Positions 60,408 to 64,000 of a stretch of 64,000 nucleotides of DNA are shown piece after piece. The DNA lies in assembly GCA_963745035.1 (NCBI GenBank), contig CAVUVW010000013.1:192001-256000 (forward strand), given 5' to 3'. Each line of letters begins with the position of its first letter. Positions within the stretch are counted from its first letter, which is position 1. A model generated the notes under the pieces. That model searched no databases, was not told the DNA's origin, and saw only the letters and a program-made list of their open reading frames with translations. A program made the translations under genes and the position numbers. This stretch comes from an uncultured delta proteobacterium (GTDB lineage Bacteria; Desulfobacterota; Binatia; UBA9968).

Positions 60408-61241
60408 CTATTTCTTGTTGACGTACGTATCGAGATAGTACTTGGCGATCTCGCCTTTGGTGGCGAACCAGGCATCTTTGAAGCCCTTGGCGTAGCGGAT
60501 GCATTCTTCGAAGACGCCGATGATGTTCGGCCGGCCGCCGATATGCGCATGCACGAGACAATCGATGAGCTTGGGCGCGCCCGCTTCGCCTTCCCGGTAT
60601 AGACAATCGAAAGCTGCCTTGAAGCTGTCGAAATAAACCCGCGCGGGATTCTTGTGGGTGAACAAAAGACTCAAGTCGTTGGCGTAATCCAACCGCGGCA
60701 TGATGACGAGCGGCTTGCCGTGGACCATCCGATGCTGCGGGATATCTGGCCCAGGCAGGTCGCCGGTCCAATAAATTCCCTCGTCGACGAAGTTGCCGAA
60801 GGTGAATTCGTTCACCCGATGTCCCGGGCTGACCCATCCGACCGGGCGCCTGCCCGTTACCGAAGCGATGGCGTCGAGGGTTCGCCGGATCAACGCCTTT
60901 TCCTGCTGCTGGTCCAAAGAGCTCAGCGCAGTGTCGTTAACCCAGCCGTGGCCGACGACTTCATGACCGGCATCGTGCAATTCTTTCAACGCATCGGGAA
61001 AGTCTTCGGCGATACGGCCGTTGGTGTCGATGGTGCCCTTGACGTTGTTGCTGTTGAGGACATCCAAGATGCGCCAGATGCCCGCTTTGCCGCCGTACTC
61101 GCCGTAGGCGAGCGAAGCGAAGTCGGGCTTGTCGCCTTCGTGGCGGCGATACTGAGACGACTTGTCGAAAGCCTCGAACGCGACGAAGAAGCTGACCGCG
61201 ATCTTGGCGTTATTGGGCCACTTGAGGGGCGGTAGACGCAT
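60408..61241 (-). CDS. polysaccharide deacetylase family protein (PuuE-like)
   Basis: WPNNAKIAV, EYGGKAGIWR, GHEVVGHG and HAHIGGRP motifs. Confidence 0.88.
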   Translation of the reverse strand: MRLPPLKWPNNAKIAVSFFVAFEAFDKSSQYRRHEGDKPDFASLAYGEYGGKAGIWRILDVLNSNNVKGTIDTNGRIAEDFPDALKELHDAGHEVVGHGWVNDTALSSLDQQQEKALIRRTLDAIASVTGRRPVGWVSPGHRVNEFTFGNFVDEGIYWTGDLPGPDIPQHRMVHGKPLVIMPRLDYANDLSLLFTHKNPARVYFDSFKAAFDCLYREGEAGAPKLIDCLVHAHIGGRPNIIGVFEECIRYAKGFKDAWFATKGEIAKYYLDTYVNKK

Positions 61242-61413
61242 TGGTGTATCCTTTCACTGCGCCGAAGAGTGTTGCGAAGTGCGGCGATCGATGCGGATAG
61301 TATCAAGGGGCGAGGAACAGCGTCAACCGACTTGAGACCACCACGTTGTGTCCGAGAATTTCAGGATTGCTGAGGAGGAAAGAAAGAGTGGAAGCAGTCC
61401 CGAGCATGCCGGC

Positions 61414-62673
61414 TTACTGGGCCGGACACTTGCCGGCGCTGAGGTGTGCTTCAAAGTCCGCCGGGAATAATTTGATCGCGCTCTCGATCGGCGGACCAGG
61501 CATGGCGATTAAGTTGCAGAAGCCTTTGCCCTTGTTGAAGGCGAGAATTTTTCCGAACTGCTCGAGAATCGGCACGCCGCCCTGCCCGCCCTGGACTTTC
61601 TTGATCAGCATCGCCAGGGTGTTGGTTTCCATGCGGCAGGCGGGACATTGGCCGCAAGATTCGGCGGCGAAGAAATCGGCGATCTTGACGAGCTCCTCGA
61701 CGATGCAGCTCCCTTGAGGAACCAATTTCACCACACCGCAGCCGAGTGCCGAGCCGGCCTCGCGCATGGAATTATGATCGAGCGGGGTGTCGATCTTTTC
61801 CGGCGGTAAAAAAGCCGACGACGGCGCCGCCGGCATGATCGCTTTGATGTTCTTTCCGCCTTTGATGCCGCCGCCGCATTCCTCAATCAAGTAGCGCAGC
61901 GGCGTGCCGAAGGGGAGCTCGTAAACACCCGGGCGGTTGACGTCATCGTCGAGCGAAAAAATCATCGTTCCGGCGCTTTCCGCCGTGCCAAACTTGCGGT
62001 ACCAGTCGGCGCCTTTGAGCATGATCGGCGCAACGTTGGCGAGCGTTTCGACGTTATTTACGGCCGTTGGTTTACCGAATAGACCAACGGTAACGGGGAA
62101 CGGCGGCTTCTGTCGCGGCCAAGGCTTCTTGCCTTCGATAACCTCGAGCACAGCGGTGTCCTCGCCGGCGACGTAGTTATGCGGTGCGGGCACGACTTCG
62201 ATATCGACGGAAAAAGCGCTGCCGAGAACGTTGCCGCCCCAATAACCGGCGGTTTTCGCCTCAGCGAGCGCTTCGTTGATGATTTTGATCGCGACGTCGT
62301 AACGCGCGTTGATGTAAAGATAGGCCTTGTCGGCGCCGACCGCGTAGGCGGCGAGAATGGTTCCTTCGAGCACCAGATGGGGCAGATTTTCGAGCAGCAC
62401 CCGGTCTTTTTTGCTGCCCGGCTCGTCCTCGCCGCCATTCAATACCAGATAGCGCGGCTCGCCCGGCGCTTCGCGCGTGAATTGCCACTTTTTGCCGGTG
62501 GGAAACCCCGCGCCGCCGCGGCCGCGCAGGCCGGCGTCGGTGACGACTTTGATGACTTCTTCGCTGGAGGCTTTGATCGCCTTTTCCAGGGCCTGGTAGC
62601 CGCCGCGAGCGCGATACTGCTCCAGCCCCTCGCGTCCTTCCGGCACGCCGCGAGGGAAAAGAATACCCTCCAT
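61414..62673 (-). CDS. NuoF-like FMN/[4Fe-4S] NAD(P)H dehydrogenase subunit
   Basis: LRGRGGAGFPTG, EPGSKKDR, YVAGEDTA, NNVETLAN and ESCGQCPACR...FC motifs. Confidence 0.9.
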   Translation of the reverse strand: MEGILFPRGVPEGREGLEQYRARGGYQALEKAIKASSEEVIKVVTDAGLRGRGGAGFPTGKKWQFTREAPGEPRYLVLNGGEDEPGSKKDRVLLENLPHLVLEGTILAAYAVGADKAYLYINARYDVAIKIINEALAEAKTAGYWGGNVLGSAFSVDIEVVPAPHNYVAGEDTAVLEVIEGKKPWPRQKPPFPVTVGLFGKPTAVNNVETLANVAPIMLKGADWYRKFGTAESAGTMIFSLDDDVNRPGVYELPFGTPLRYLIEECGGGIKGGKNIKAIMPAAPSSAFLPPEKIDTPLDHNSMREAGSALGCGVVKLVPQGSCIVEELVKIADFFAAESCGQCPACRMETNTLAMLIKKVQGGQGGVPILEQFGKILAFNKGKGFCNLIAMPGPPIESAIKLFPADFEAHLSAGKCPAQ

Positions 62674-62676
62674 GAA

Positions 62677-63000
62677 CTAGACCACCCCCGTGTCGAGCAG
62701 TTGATAGATGAGTTCCTTGAGCGATGAGTCGATGGTGTCGAGCCGCTGCACGTGAGGGCCGCCGGCGAGATGTTCGGTAATCTCGTCGAGATCCTCGACT
62801 TTGACCTTGGCGTACCAGTTTTTTTCCGGATAGAGAACGATATTGGGTCCTTCCTGACACGCGCCGAAACACATGTAAGGTTTCACTTCCACGTCGGTCA
62901 AACCCTTGGCCGCGACGCGCTTTTGCAGCTCGCCCATGAGCTGCTCCGCACCGCGCGACTTACAATCGATGTTCTGGCAAACGAGACAGACTCGACTCAC
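62677..63000 (-). CDS. thioredoxin-like [2Fe-2S] ferredoxin (NuoE C-domain-like)
   Basis: VCQNIDC...CFGACQEGPN. Confidence 0.88.
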   Translation of the reverse strand: MSRVCLVCQNIDCKSRGAEQLMGELQKRVAAKGLTDVEVKPYMCFGACQEGPNIVLYPEKNWYAKVKVEDLDEITEHLAGGPHVQRLDTIDSSLKELIYQLLDTGVV

Positions 63001-63054
63001 CGGTGACTCCTTGGGTCTAATTACCTGCGCACAAACCGAGATGCAACAGACTGC

Positions 63055-64000
63055 TCAGTTGAGCTGCATCTGTGACACCCAGTCTTTGCTTTTGATGATC
63101 TCCTCCAGGAGCTTTTCGTCGGCCTCGGTGGGAAGCACCTCGGCGACATGCTTCGCGTAGGCCTCCGCGGAGAGCAACTGGCCGTTGATCCCGTAGGGTT
63201 TCCCCACGTACTCGCCGATCGAGCGATTGAACTTCAGGTCGGGGGCATAGAGCTTCGGCTGATCCGCCGGGATCAACTGATTCAGTTGATCGATCAGCTT
63301 GGCGCTTTCGGCCATGTAATGGCTGCGCGCCAGATCGTTGAGTTTTTCTTTCTCCGCCGGGACTGCCGCTTCGTGCTCATCGATGCGCCCCTTCAGGCCC
63401 CAAGTATAGGCCCAGTGCGCCGACGATGAATGATCGGTGCCGAACAAGTCGTAGGCAGTCGACAGCCATTTGTTAAAATACTTCTGCACGATCGGGACTG
63501 GAATTTTTCCCGCTCGCAAAATGCGCGTCAAACCCGTGTGCCCCGTGAACATGTGAAAGAACTCTTCCTTCAGCATGGCGGTCACGCTTTCGGCCAAAGG
63601 CGCGAAAGCCGAGTGCGAGAGCATGGTCAGCTGATACTTGCCGTCGCGATCGACGAACTCGGTGTAAGTAAAAAAGTCGAGCCAATTCTTGACCGGCGCG
63701 TTGAACGAGCCGAGCAGCCGATCGCCGCGAAAAGCGCGGCGCTCAAGGAGCTTGCGCGCCTCCAATTTGCCGGAATCACCGAAGTATTTCACCAGCAGGT
63801 AGCACATCTGCCAGCCGTGGCGCATTTCCTCACTGTTGACTCGCACCAGCGCCTGGCGGTCGTACTCGGTCGGCGCAGTGTCGAGCAAATTCTTCTGCTG
63901 TTCGACGGAGGCAAACTCGGTATCGCCCTGGTAGACGATCAAGTTCATCAAGGCGTCGCGGATCGATTGATTGGGAATCTGGGTCACCCGATTCCACTTG
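63055..64000 (-). CDS. BoxB-like (aryl-CoA epoxidase) diiron oxygenase, N-terminus outside the window
   Basis: QGDTEFASVEQQ, EEMRH, DRDGKYQL and EEFFH follow the BoxB ligand pattern. Confidence 0.85.
   Translation of the reverse strand, partial: KWNRVTQIPNQSIRDALMNLIVYQGDTEFASVEQQKNLLDTAPTEYDRQALVRVNSEEMRHGWQMCYLLVKYFGDSGKLEARKLLERRAFRGDRLLGSFNAPVKNWLDFFTYTEFVDRDGKYQLTMLSHSAFAPLAESVTAMLKEEFFHMFTGHTGLTRILRAGKIPVPIVQKYFNKWLSTAYDLFGTDHSSSAHWAYTWGLKGRIDEHEAAVPAEKEKLNDLARSHYMAESAKLIDQLNQLIPADQPKLYAPDLKFNRSIGEYVGKPYGINGQLLSAEAYAKHVAEVLPTEADEKLLEEIIKSKDWVSQMQLN

Noticed and set aside
61414-63000. Respiratory complex I nuoEF
   Set aside because: No other nuo genes adjacent, the ferredoxin lacks the NuoE N-terminal domain and the motifs are divergent, so no gene symbol was given

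Overview
A GC-rich bacterial chromosomal window with about 55 genes. The gene content (many orphan substrate-binding proteins, amidohydrolases, TPP enzymes, zinc-ribbon/cyclase/STAND/TPR proteins) resembles Candidatus Binatia-type deltaproteobacteria; this is inference only. About 15 otherwise intact genes carry single-base frameshifts, most likely long-read indel errors. Content: glk/pgl, a FabF-like KAS-methyltransferase-flavin reductase trio, tandem-domain thyX, two E1 alpha/beta pairs without E2/E3, aat, a peptide ABC locus with four Tat-exported binding proteins, and a BoxB-like diiron enzyme. Main highlights: (1) an unannotated secreted selenoprotein (in-frame TGA in a W-U-P-A-C motif with a SECIS-like hairpin, 907-1497); (2) an accessory region at 8.5-18.2 kb with two NLR-like nucleotidyl cyclases and a TIR-TM-TPR protein, whose junctions reuse the hexamer GCGACA from the neighbouring dehydrogenase gene and include a circularly permuted 1.08 kb insert; (3) five correctly spaced sigma54 promoters, each in front of a small orphan gene, one encoding a classical C2H2 zinc finger; (4) a BoxB-like oxygenase followed by a NuoE/NuoF-like pair rather than boxA. 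No rRNA, tRNA, CRISPR array, integrase or transposase was recognised.
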